64,000 bases of DNA, from positions 352,001-416,000 of the forward strand of contig JBILLK010000003.1 of assembly GCA_044376115.1 (NCBI GenBank). Reading direction: 5' to 3'. Position numbers and translations under genes: made by a program. Source of the stretch: Polyangiaceae bacterium (GTDB lineage: Bacteria; Myxococcota_A; Polyangia; Polyangiales; Polyangiaceae). The notes under the pieces were generated by a model. It was not told the origin of the DNA, did no database searches, and worked only from the letters and a program-made list of their open reading frames with translations. Positions within the stretch are counted from its first letter, which is position 1, and every line of letters begins with the position of its first letter. Below are positions 37,817 to 47,027 of this stretch, piece after piece.

Positions 37817-39492
37817 TGGCCCTGCTCCATGGTTTCTTCAGCTTGGGGGGTCGCGTAGCGAAAGCCGTCGTTGGTCACCAGCGAGACGACCAGCGATTGA
37901 AACGCGAAGTCACTCGCGACGAACTCGTCCACCACCGTCTGCACTTCAGTCGCCTCTCCCTCGGTCGCGAGATGAGCGCCGGCATGTTCGTAAAAGCGCC
38001 GCGCAATGCAGGCCGAAGCCTGCGGTAGCTCAGCGATGTAGGCCGCCATTTCGACCGCGCCCGTGAGGGGAACGCCGTTGACCTCGGTCTCCACGTCCAA
38101 CATCAGGCCGTTCTCATCGACGGTTCGAAAGCGACCGATGGCGTCGAACTGCTCGAAGGCAAAGCCGATCGGATCCATCTGATCGTGGCACGCCGCGCAA
38201 GCCGGGTCATTGCGGTGCTGGGCAAGCCGCTCGCGTAGGGTTTGCAGCGGCTGGCCCGGCTCCGGCTCGGGGAGTGAGGTCGAAACGCCGGGCGGTGGCG
38301 GCGGAATGTCCTCGCACAAAAGGTTGATGCGCACGAAGCGACCGCGATGCGTCGGGGAGGTCTGCGTCTCATGGGCGTTGAGCGCGAGGAAGCCGGGTGT
38401 GGTTAGCAGACCAGCGCGAGCGGAGTCGGCGGCCAGGGTCACCGGCACGAAGTCTTGTGCACCCGTCCATTCAACACCGTACAGGTTGGCCAGCTCCTCG
38501 TTGAGGAACGTCTCTCGCGTCGAGAAGACCGAGCGGAAGTCCGCCGCTGGATCGAAGGCCACCGCTTGGAAGATCTGCTCCATCTCGCTGCGCATCGAGG
38601 CGCCCATCGTCGCCGAGAACTGCGGGAAGGCCTCCGCGCTCTTGTCCACCGTATCGAGCGCCGTCACGTTCATGAAGTCGCGGAAGAAGCGGGTGAGCGC
38701 CTCTTTGGCGCGCGGCAACGCGAGCAGCCTGCGCGCCTCTTCTTCGACTCGTTGCGGATCCTGCAGTTTACCCTCACGGGCGGCCTGCCTCAGCTCTTCA
38801 TCCGGCGGCGAATCAGCGAGCAGGAACGAAAGCCGACTGGCCATCTCCCAGTGCGTGAAGCGCAACAAGTCGGCGCGCTGCGGATCTTGCTCTCCAACCT
38901 CCACGCGAAACAGAAAGTGCGGAGATTGAAGCACCGCCGCGAGACCAAACTTCACGCCTGCGATCGGGTCGCCGAGGTCAGCGCCGATCGCGCTCATCAG
39001 CGTGAGCAGCTGCGTGACCTCGTCCGTTGCAGCAGGCCTGCGCCACGCCTGCTCCAAGAAGCTCTCGAGAAACGGCCGCAAACAGGCTTCATTCAAGCTG
39101 GCGTCGTCGCAGCCGAGCAACGCCGTGCGACGTGCTGGATCGCTCCAAACTTGATCGAGCACGGCGTAGGTCGCTTGCTCGTACTTCTCTGCATCGACCG
39201 GCGCGATCGTCGTGCTCGCAGCGGCGATCGATGAAAAACCGTAGAGTCGATCATCGCCGGGTAAATCGCTCGGGAGCGCCAGCGGCTCACCGAATAGATC
39301 GAGCCAGCTGTTCTGCAGCTGCATCGCCGTAAGTCGATGCAGCGTCGCTTCGGCCGGAATGAAGCTCGGCTGCACAGGCGGCGGATCCGTCTCCTCGCCG
39401 CTCGCACCCTGATTGCCGATCTCACCAATGCAGCCCGTGGGCGCGAGCAGCCCCACCAAGAGCCAAGCACGCCAATGACTCGTACCCAACAT
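37813..39492 (-). CDS. DUF1592/DUF1588/DUF1595 domain lipoprotein with CxxCH heme motif
   Basis: LHRLT, LQSPHFLFRVE, EMASRLSF, TSPTHRG, CAACHDQMDPIGFAFEQFD. Confidence 0.9.
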   Translation of the reverse strand: MLGTSHWRAWLLVGLLAPTGCIGEIGNQGASGEETDPPPVQPSFIPAEATLHRLTAMQLQNSWLDLFGEPLALPSDLPGDDRLYGFSSIAAASTTIAPVDAEKYEQATYAVLDQVWSDPARRTALLGCDDASLNEACLRPFLESFLEQAWRRPAATDEVTQLLTLMSAIGADLGDPIAGVKFGLAAVLQSPHFLFRVEVGEQDPQRADLLRFTHWEMASRLSFLLADSPPDEELRQAAREGKLQDPQRVEEEARRLLALPRAKEALTRFFRDFMNVTALDTVDKSAEAFPQFSATMGASMRSEMEQIFQAVAFDPAADFRSVFSTRETFLNEELANLYGVEWTGAQDFVPVTLAADSARAGLLTTPGFLALNAHETQTSPTHRGRFVRINLLCEDIPPPPPGVSTSLPEPEPGQPLQTLRERLAQHRNDPACAACHDQMDPIGFAFEQFDAIGRFRTVDENGLMLDVETEVNGVPLTGAVEMAAYIAELPQASACIARRFYEHAGAHLATEGEATEVQTVVDEFVASDFAFQSLVVSLVTNDGFRYATPQAEETMEQGQ

Positions 39493-39531
39493 GCCCCAAG
39501 GTTACCCGGCGTTCGCAGGGCGGGGGAAGGA

Positions 39532-40398
39532 TCAGCGGCGAGGCAGGTTTTTACGACCGAGGGTCAATTGATAGAGATCGCGCTTCGCCCAGCCTGTCTC
39601 CACCGTCAGCCGCTCCGCGACGTCTCGGGCGCGCAGCCCACTCGCGAGGGCCTGGTCCACGAGCTCGGTCACGGCCTGTTCATCCAGCTGACCACGCTCC
39701 AGCGAGTAGGGCTCGAGCACCACCGTCAGTTCGCCCAGCCACTCCTTGTTTGCGAGCGATTCGGCGAGCTCGCCCAGCGGACCTTCACTCAGCTCCTCGT
39801 GAAGTTTGGTCAGCTCCCGGCCGATCATCGCACGCCGAAGTGGCTGAATTCGTGCGAGATCCAGCAGAGTTTCCGCCATGCGCGGAGGAGCCTCAAACAG
39901 GATGATGGCCTCTCCGGTCTGCGCGATACGGCTGAGCGCCTGCGCGCGCTCGTTACCGCCTCGCGGCAAAAATCCAAGAAAGAGGAAGGCCGAGGTCGCG
40001 TAGCCGGAGGCTGAGAGCGCTGTCACCACCGCGCTCGCGCCCGGGATGGGCACGACCTTCCAACCGCGCGCCCGAGCGACGCGAACCACCAAGGCGCCAG
40101 GATCGCTGACCGAGGGCGTCCCGGCGTCGGTCACGACGGCCAACGAACCACCCACCGCGACCTCGCCCAGCAGCGATTCCACCTGCTCCTCGGTCGAGTT
40201 GGCGTCCAGCCTGCGAATGGGCTTTTCGGGGTGGCCGACGTGATTGAGCAATATGCGCGAGCGTCGCGTGTCTTCCGCCGCAACGAAGGCCACGCTTCCG
40301 AGCACGTTGCGCGCGCGTAGGCTCAGGTCCTCGAGGTTCCCGATCGGCGTCGCGACGATATAGAGAACCCCGACCTCTGATGTTTCGAGGCTCGCCAT
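39532..40398 (-). CDS. rsmI: 16S rRNA (cytidine1402-2'-O)-methyltransferase
   Basis: LYIVATPIGNLEDL, AEDTR, DAGTPSVSDPG, RELTKLHEE. Confidence 0.95.
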   Translation of the reverse strand: MASLETSEVGVLYIVATPIGNLEDLSLRARNVLGSVAFVAAEDTRRSRILLNHVGHPEKPIRRLDANSTEEQVESLLGEVAVGGSLAVVTDAGTPSVSDPGALVVRVARARGWKVVPIPGASAVVTALSASGYATSAFLFLGFLPRGGNERAQALSRIAQTGEAIILFEAPPRMAETLLDLARIQPLRRAMIGRELTKLHEELSEGPLGELAESLANKEWLGELTVVLEPYSLERGQLDEQAVTELVDQALASGLRARDVAERLTVETGWAKRDLYQLTLGRKNLPRR

Positions 40399-40409
40399 CG
40401 TGTGTGCTC

Positions 40410-41591
40410 TCAGCCGCGCGAGACCGCGTCACCAAGCTCCAGCTTCAGGTAGTCGCGCAGCTTGTGATGCAGCCGTGCTTCGAGCTGGCGCACGCGCTCA
40501 CGTGAAACGCCGAACTCATCTCCGAGCTCCTGCAACGTCAGCGGGTCTTCTGCGCTCATCCGCTTGTCGAAGATGATGACGTCCTTGCCTTTGAGCGTCT
40601 TGCGGAACTCCTTCAGGCGGTCGGAGATCAGCTGATCCATCTCGTGTCGCTCGAGCAGGCTGTCGGGGCCAAAGTTCGCCGACGGCATCAAGTCGATGCG
40701 CGAGACGCTACGGCCTTCGGCGTCACCAACGGGAGCGTCGAGGCTGGCCTCAGCGCTCGCGAGCCTGCGATCCATCTCGACCACTTCGTGCGTCTCTACG
40801 CCGAGCCGCTCAGCGATCAAGTCGGCGGAAGGATCGATCCCTAGCGCGGCGAGCTTGGCCTTCTCCTTGTTGAGGTTGAAGAACAACTTTCGCTGTGCCT
40901 GCGTCGTCCCCAGTTTGACTAGCCGCCAGTTGTTGAGGATGAAGCGCAACATGTACGCGCGGATCCACCAAGCGGCGTAGGAGGAGAGCTTGACTCCACG
41001 GTACGGGTCATAGCGCTTCACCGCCTGCATCAGGCCGATGTTGCCCTCCTGAATGAGGTCCATGATGTTCTTGTACGCACGGCGGTATTCGTACGCGAGC
41101 TTGACCACCAGCCGAAGGTTGGCTGTGACCAGCTTGGCGGCGGTACGCACGTCCTGCGTCTCAACGTACTGACGCGTTAGGTCTTGCTCCTCCTGTGCGG
41201 TTAGCAGCTTGTAACGCTGCACTTCACGCAGGTAGGCCTGCAACGGATCGGTGCGCGAAAGCGCAGCCGAGCTCATCGGCGCCGACTCGGGCGGCATGCT
41301 GGTGCGGCCGGAGTCGGGTGATTCCTCGCGGTCCGCGTCGAAGTCGTCCTCGCCGTCCTCGACGACCTCACCAACGGCCTCGATCACTTCACCGCGATCG
41401 CCGACCTCTTCGACTTCTTCGCCGTCCGACTCACCTGCGTCTCCACGCAACGATTCGGGGCCGTCGCCCTCTTCGTCCACGTCGGCCTCGCGTGTTCGTG
41501 CGCTGGCCGCGGGCTTCTTCGGACTCGAGGCCTTGGCGCTCGACCGCGAGGTCTTTTCCTTCGCTGAGGGGTCAGTGAGTTTTCGAGCCAA
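40410..41591 (-). CDS. RpoH (sigma32)-like RNA polymerase sigma factor with acidic N-terminal extension
   Basis: DLIQEGNIGLMQAVKRYDP, YAAWWIRAY, RpoH box QRKLFFNL, GVSRERVRQLE. Confidence 0.92.
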   Translation of the reverse strand: MARKLTDPSAKEKTSRSSAKASSPKKPAASARTREADVDEEGDGPESLRGDAGESDGEEVEEVGDRGEVIEAVGEVVEDGEDDFDADREESPDSGRTSMPPESAPMSSAALSRTDPLQAYLREVQRYKLLTAQEEQDLTRQYVETQDVRTAAKLVTANLRLVVKLAYEYRRAYKNIMDLIQEGNIGLMQAVKRYDPYRGVKLSSYAAWWIRAYMLRFILNNWRLVKLGTTQAQRKLFFNLNKEKAKLAALGIDPSADLIAERLGVETHEVVEMDRRLASAEASLDAPVGDAEGRSVSRIDLMPSANFGPDSLLERHEMDQLISDRLKEFRKTLKGKDVIIFDKRMSAEDPLTLQELGDEFGVSRERVRQLEARLHHKLRDYLKLELGDAVSRG

Positions 41592-41690
41592 GGGCAGTCT
41601 CCAGGAGCAGGTATGTCACAAGGGTAGGTCGTTGCCTAGTTGGTTCGCGCCCGGCTCGAGTCCTACGCCAAGGCATGATAGACCGGAATC

Positions 41691-42344
41691 TTGAACCAAG
41701 GCCCGGAACAACGCTCCAGCGTGCGCAAGTTGAGGCCCTGGTTCCTCGTCATCGCCATGCTCACCGTATGGGTCGCAGGCGTGCTCGGGGTCACCTCCGG
41801 CTGCGGCACCGTGATGTATCTGCGTGAAGGCACGATGCCCGATGAGGTTGCTGCGCTCGACACGGCGAAGTCCTCTCCGCAACCGGTGCAAGCGTTGCAG
41901 CAATACGCTGTGGTAGCGCAGCTGCGCGCGGTGGCCGTCTGTAAGCCGGTCACCATGCCGGTGTCGATCGCGCGTGTGCTGCTCTCGATGACGCTGGTGG
42001 CCGCCAGCGCGATGGTGCTCGCGGGTAGGCGCGGCGCGCTCTCCTTCAGCCTGCAGGCGCTCGCAGCGAACACACTGTTCGCGCTCATCGCCTACGGCGT
42101 CACCGCCGAAGTACGCGATCTTTGGATCAGCTCGGTGGTCCAGGCGAGCGGGCAACTCGACTTGCCGGCGGAAGAGGGCATCTACTTCCGCAGCCCCGCC
42201 TTTTGGTACTGGTTTACGCGCGGCGAGCTGATCGTTTTACAGGTTGGCGTGTTGCTCGCGGCGGCGTTTGCGGTGTCTTTGCCGCGTTCGCGGCTTTACT
42301 TGGCAGCGATGGCTGAGCTCGAGCGTCTGCGCGAAGACGAATGA
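41691..42344 (+). CDS. Hypothetical membrane protein (about 4 TM helices)
   Basis: Hydrophobic segments; stop overlaps the mutL start (ATGA). Confidence 0.7.
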   Translation: MNQGPEQRSSVRKLRPWFLVIAMLTVWVAGVLGVTSGCGTVMYLREGTMPDEVAALDTAKSSPQPVQALQQYAVVAQLRAVAVCKPVTMPVSIARVLLSMTLVAASAMVLAGRRGALSFSLQALAANTLFALIAYGVTAEVRDLWISSVVQASGQLDLPAEEGIYFRSPAFWYWFTRGELIVLQVGVLLAAAFAVSLPRSRLYLAAMAELERLREDE

Positions 42345-44125
42345 GCTCGCGGCGACCGATCGTCGTCCTGCCGGACGAGCTAGCCAATCAGATCGCTGCG
42401 GGCGAGGTGGTCGAGCGACCCGCCAGCATCGTGAAGGAGCTATGCGAAAATTCGATCGACGCGCGCGCCACTCGGGTGGACGTCGAGATCGAGGGGGGTG
42501 GCATCGCGCGGGTGGCGGTGATCGACGACGGCGATGGCATCCCGGCCACCGAGCTCGAAACAGCGCTCATTCGGCACGCCACGAGCAAGATCGCCACCGT
42601 CGAGGATCTTTCGCACATCGGCTCATTCGGCTTTCGAGGCGAGGCCTTGCCGAGCATCGCCTCGGTGAGCCGCTTCGAGATGAGCTCGCGGCCGCGCGAC
42701 GCCAAAGAAGGCCGCAAGCTAACGAACCAGGGCGGGCAACGCGTCGAGCCCTGCGGCATGGCCGTCGGTACGCGGGTGGAGGTGCGCGAGCTTTTTTACA
42801 ACGTACCGGCGCGCCTCAAATTCTTGCGCTCGCTCGCAACTGAATCAGCCCACATCAGCGAGGTCCTCGACGGCATCGCCTTGGCCAACCCAGGAGTAAC
42901 CCTCAGCCTTCACCGCGATGGGCGCAAAGTGCGCGAGTACCTGCGCGCGAGCGACCGCGAGGAGCGGGTGCGTCAGGTGCTGAGCGGCTGGCAGCTGATC
43001 CGCTGCCACGGTCAACTCGGTCCGCTCACGCTCGAGGCCTTCCTCAGCCCGCCGGAGCGAGCTCGCGTAGGTGCCAACAGCTTGTGGCTCTTCGTCAATG
43101 GTCGGCCGGTCAATGATCGAGCGCTGGCCCGTTCGATCGCCCACGCCTACGGCTCGGTGCTCGAACCTGGGCGTTATCCGGTCGGCGTCGTCTATTTGGA
43201 TTTGCCGTTCGAGCTCGTCGACGTGAACGTTCACCCGCAAAAAGCGGAGGTCCGTTTCGCCGATGGTCGGGCCGTACAAGGTGCAGCTCATCGTTTGATC
43301 GAGCGCGGGCTCGCCAGCGCGCTTTCGGGGCAGGCGGGCTTCACCACGGCTCCCACGATCGAGCCTGCGGCTGGCCGAGCGAGCTTGTTCGAGCGTCCGA
43401 GTTCGCTCGAGCTGGTGACCGCCAAACCCCAGTTCGAAGGCAGCGGCTCGCTTCCCGACAACGCCATTCGCGAGCTCGCCTCAACGCTTTACATGCCGCG
43501 CGCCGATGACCCTGCGGCTGAGGTTGCGCTGGCGGAAGGGGATACCGCGATGCCAAAGTCGCTCGGGTTCCTGGCGCAGCTCAAGGGGATGTTCCTTTTG
43601 TGTGAGGCCGAAGACGCGCTGATCATCCTCGATCAGCACGCGGCCGCCGAGCGCGTCACCTTCGATCGCTTGAAGCGCGAGTACGCAGGTCGCACCGTGG
43701 CGCAACAAGTGCTGCTCGTGCCCGAGGTGATCGAGGCCAGCGCCGAAGAGTTGAGCACCGCGGAGGAGCTGCGTGAGACCTGCTTGGCGATGGGCGTGGA
43801 CGTCCGCGCGATCGGGCCGGGGCGCTTGGGCGTCTTCGCGGTTCCGCAGATCCTCGCCCGTCGTGATCCGCGCGTGCTCGCGACCCGCTTGCTAGCCGAA
43901 CTGGGTCGCAAGAGCGGCCGGGACTTCTCGCAGGCGGTGGACCTCGCGTTAGCGACCATGGCCTGTCACGGCTCGATTCGCGCGGGGGAGATCGTGGCTC
44001 CGGAGGTCGCGCGCGAGCTGTTGAGTGCACTCACGAAGATCGACTTCGCGGGGCATTGCCCGCATGGTCGGCCCATCCTTTGCCGCCTTCCGCTGCGCGA
44101 CCTGCGCCAGCGCGTTGGCCGATAA
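42341..44125 (+). CDS. mutL: DNA mismatch repair endonuclease MutL
   Basis: LANQIAAGEVVERPAS, HATSKI, GFRGEAL, VDVNVHPQK, DQHAAAER, ACH, CPHGRP. Confidence 0.96.
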   Translation: MSSRRPIVVLPDELANQIAAGEVVERPASIVKELCENSIDARATRVDVEIEGGGIARVAVIDDGDGIPATELETALIRHATSKIATVEDLSHIGSFGFRGEALPSIASVSRFEMSSRPRDAKEGRKLTNQGGQRVEPCGMAVGTRVEVRELFYNVPARLKFLRSLATESAHISEVLDGIALANPGVTLSLHRDGRKVREYLRASDREERVRQVLSGWQLIRCHGQLGPLTLEAFLSPPERARVGANSLWLFVNGRPVNDRALARSIAHAYGSVLEPGRYPVGVVYLDLPFELVDVNVHPQKAEVRFADGRAVQGAAHRLIERGLASALSGQAGFTTAPTIEPAAGRASLFERPSSLELVTAKPQFEGSGSLPDNAIRELASTLYMPRADDPAAEVALAEGDTAMPKSLGFLAQLKGMFLLCEAEDALIILDQHAAAERVTFDRLKREYAGRTVAQQVLLVPEVIEASAEELSTAEELRETCLAMGVDVRAIGPGRLGVFAVPQILARRDPRVLATRLLAELGRKSGRDFSQAVDLALATMACHGSIRAGEIVAPEVARELLSALTKIDFAGHCPHGRPILCRLPLRDLRQRVGR

Positions 44126-44132
44126 GAGAGCG

Positions 44133-45038
44133 ATGAACGCCCTTCGTTGGACCGAGATCGACCCGCAGCGCATGCCCGAGCTTTGGGTCGTCGTCGGTCC
44201 CACTGCGTCGGGCAAAAGTGAGCTCGCCATGCGGCTGTGCGAGCGTTGGAACGGGGAGATCGTCAGCGCCGACAGCGTGCAGGTCTACAAGCACTTCGAT
44301 CTCGGCTCCGGCAAACCGTCGACTGAAGACAAAGCGCGCGCGCCTCATCACCTGATCGATCTCAACGAACCCACCGTTCCACTCGATGCCGGCGCCTATG
44401 CGACTCTCGCCGACGCTGCCATCGCCGACATCCGCGCGCGAGGCAAACAGCCGGTCGTTTGTGGTGGCACCTTCCTTTGGGTCAAAGCCTTGGTGCGCGG
44501 TCTCGCTGAGGGTGCGCCGGCCAATCCCGAATTGCGCGAGCAACACCGTTTGCTCGCCGAGCGCGAAGGGCGAGCGGCGTTGCATGAGCAACTGCGGCTC
44601 GTTGATCCGGTGGCCGCCGCGCAGTTGAACCCCAACGACTTCATCCGCGTCTCGCGCGCGCTGGAGGTGTACGAGGTGGCCGGCATCCCGCAATCGGAGT
44701 GGCACAAGCAGCACGCCTTCGCGACCGAGCGGCATCCCCACAAGCTCTTCCGCGTGCATCGCCGGCCGGAGGAGCTGGATCGCAGGATCGCGCAGCGAGT
44801 CGACGGCTGGCTCGAACAAGGCTGGGTCGAAGAAGTGCGCAGCTTGATCGAACGCGGCTTCGGGGACACACGGGCGATGGGTTCGGTCGGCTATCGGGAG
44901 GTGAAGGCCTTCCTCGAGGGCGAGGTGCCCGAGGCTGAACTCGCGCAGCGCATCGTGCAAAAGACGCGCATCTTCGTGCGTAGGCAGCGCACCTGGCTGC
45001 GCGATCTAGAACTCACCGAGGTCGACCTCGACGACTAG
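44133..45038 (+). CDS. miaA: tRNA dimethylallyltransferase
   Basis: GPTASGKS, SADSVQVY, PHHLID, GGTFLW, RRQRTW. Confidence 0.95.
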   Translation: MNALRWTEIDPQRMPELWVVVGPTASGKSELAMRLCERWNGEIVSADSVQVYKHFDLGSGKPSTEDKARAPHHLIDLNEPTVPLDAGAYATLADAAIADIRARGKQPVVCGGTFLWVKALVRGLAEGAPANPELREQHRLLAEREGRAALHEQLRLVDPVAAAQLNPNDFIRVSRALEVYEVAGIPQSEWHKQHAFATERHPHKLFRVHRRPEELDRRIAQRVDGWLEQGWVEEVRSLIERGFGDTRAMGSVGYREVKAFLEGEVPEAELAQRIVQKTRIFVRRQRTWLRDLELTEVDLDD

Positions 45039-45081
45039 CCGCGCGGCGCACCGAGCCACCCGCGCGGCGGCGCACCGAGCC
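45039..45081. repeat. Short imperfect direct repeat filling the gap between miaA and the Imm49-like gene
   Basis: CCGCGCGGCGCACCGAGCC (45039-45057) and CCGCGCGGCGGCGCACCGAGCC (45060-45081). Confidence 0.8.
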
Positions 45082-45083
45082 GC

Positions 45084-46388
45084 TCAGCTCTCGGCTGCGA
45101 TGCGATCGCGAAAATCGATCAGCCCTGCGTGCGAGAACAACGTCGGCCGTTGATCACATTGCGCCCGGCCTAGCGGGCTCGTCATCTGGTTGCGGTAAAG
45201 CTCGGTCGCCGCATCCCCGAGCAGGTCTCGCGCCCGGTTCGCCGCTGCACGCGCAAGGCCCAGTTCTCGCGTTGCGTCGCCTCCAGCGCGTGCACGCGCC
45301 ACGGCTTGTTCAGCCAAGACCACGAGCTCCCCAGCGTCGAGCAGCGAATCGGAACCGCGACCAAAGCTCTGTTCATCGCTCGGGTCTTCGATTGTAAAGC
45401 GGCCAACCACCAGCTGGCCCACCCGCAGCTCGAACACCTTCTCTTCGCTCTGGGGATGCACCTCGACCGCGCCGTTGAAGGAGAACTCCATCCGCGTCTT
45501 GGCCTCGAGCATCGTACGAGCTCGCAGCGGCGGGCATTCGAGCGAAAGCGGAAGGCTCGCGACGGGCTTTGCGAACGCCTCCATGATCACCTCCGCCAGG
45601 TAGTCCGACGGCTCCGTTGGGCGCGTCTGCCATACGCCCGCAAGGGCCAGCGCGCCCCACGCGACCAAGCCGCGTAAATCCTCGCGTCGATCGCTCGCCG
45701 CGTAGTGCGCTTCATGTTTGGCCAGCACCGTTTGAAAAGCCGCCTGTTTATCGGCCGCTCCCAGCGCATTCACGACAGGCAGCAACAGCTCCTCGACGCG
45801 GCTACGAAAGTACTCGGGCGTCGCAGCCAACGTTACCGCTAGCTCATCGCTGGTAAGCGGCGTCGTTTTCGCCCCGAGCAGCTGCCTTAACAATCCGCGG
45901 ACGGCCTCGCGAGCTGGCACCAAGGAGCGCAACGCCTCGTCGGCCACGCCGTCGGTCGCTGCACGAAGCGCCTGTTGCGCGCGCTCGTCGCCCGCTGCCA
46001 TCGCCAGGAACGCCGCGCGCATGAAGTCGGTGGTGTCGATCGCGCGTTGTTCTTTGGGTATGCGCAGACCAACGGAAGAGCCATCTGCTACGAGCACCGC
46101 CGCTTCTGCAAATTGGTCTGCTAGCGCAAGATTGGAGGCAAGCGCAGCTGCACTCGAGAGCGCCACCGCCTTACCCAGCAGCTTCGGTGATGGCAGCCAT
46201 TCCCGCCCATTCACCGAAGCTACACCGGCCAGCTTGAAGACCAGCTCAGCGAGCTCCCATCCGCGAGCGAGCCGCAGCTCGCTGCGTTTGCTGCCGTCGC
46301 CCTCCTCGGTCATGGAGCTGATTTCTTCCGCGCGAGCGAGCAAGGCCCGCGCGAACTCGACGCTGACTTCGACTTGGCTTCGTGCCAT
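45084..46388 (-). CDS. Immunity protein 49 (Imm49)-like domain fused to an uncharacterised C-terminal domain
   Basis: DFMRAAFLAMAAGD, LAKHEAHY, GLVAWGALALA and SDYL resemble Imm49 motifs; recognition from memory only. Confidence 0.55.
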   Translation of the reverse strand: MARSQVEVSVEFARALLARAEEISSMTEEGDGSKRSELRLARGWELAELVFKLAGVASVNGREWLPSPKLLGKAVALSSAAALASNLALADQFAEAAVLVADGSSVGLRIPKEQRAIDTTDFMRAAFLAMAAGDERAQQALRAATDGVADEALRSLVPAREAVRGLLRQLLGAKTTPLTSDELAVTLAATPEYFRSRVEELLLPVVNALGAADKQAAFQTVLAKHEAHYAASDRREDLRGLVAWGALALAGVWQTRPTEPSDYLAEVIMEAFAKPVASLPLSLECPPLRARTMLEAKTRMEFSFNGAVEVHPQSEEKVFELRVGQLVVGRFTIEDPSDEQSFGRGSDSLLDAGELVVLAEQAVARARAGGDATRELGLARAAANRARDLLGDAATELYRNQMTSPLGRAQCDQRPTLFSHAGLIDFRDRIAAES

Positions 46389-46427
46389 GGCGGCGATCCT
46401 AGCAGCCCCACCCATGCGGGGACCTCG

Positions 46428-46994
46428 TCAGTTGATCTTCACACCGATGACGAGAATGCCGCCGTTGTACTTCTGCCCAGCGATGAAAAAGTATTCACCC
46501 TTCAGCGCATTGACGTCGAGGCCCGGGAGGAACTGCTTGCCGTCGGCCTTCTCGATGGTCGCCGAGACGACGAACTTCGTCGGATCGTCCTTCTTCTTGC
46601 CGCGCGAGACCTCTTTGAACATCAGCGCGAGCTTGCCACCGTCGGGGAGCTTCTTGTCCTTGGCCTCACCCTTGGGCAACTTGAGGTCGTACTTCTCGAG
46701 CAATTTGTAGGAGTTGTACGACGAGAATGGCGGCCGCTCGAGCGCCGGGATCTTACCGATGCTCGGGTCGATGCCTTTGCCGTCATTGGTGGCATGAAGC
46801 ACGATCACCTCGGCCTGGACCTCGTTGATCGGAACTTCCTTCTTGTCGTCCGCCCCAACCTTGCTCAGCTCGAGCTGGCGGCCCAGCTCGACCTTGGGCT
46901 GCTCTGCGGCTTCATCCGCCGTGAAGGACTGAGCCTCGTTCGATGCGAACGCAGCGCACAGAAGAGCGATTCCGCCGACCATCCAACTTCTCAT
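46428..46994 (-). CDS. Secreted hypothetical protein downstream of the anti-sigma gene
   Basis: Signal peptide; IDP.I..IPALERPPFSSYNSYKLL; beta-rich C-terminus. Confidence 0.75.
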   Translation of the reverse strand: MRSWMVGGIALLCAAFASNEAQSFTADEAAEQPKVELGRQLELSKVGADDKKEVPINEVQAEVIVLHATNDGKGIDPSIGKIPALERPPFSSYNSYKLLEKYDLKLPKGEAKDKKLPDGGKLALMFKEVSRGKKKDDPTKFVVSATIEKADGKQFLPGLDVNALKGEYFFIAGQKYNGGILVIGVKIN

Positions 46995-47027
46995 TGCAGC
47001 CTCCAGCACACACTTCGATCGACGTTC

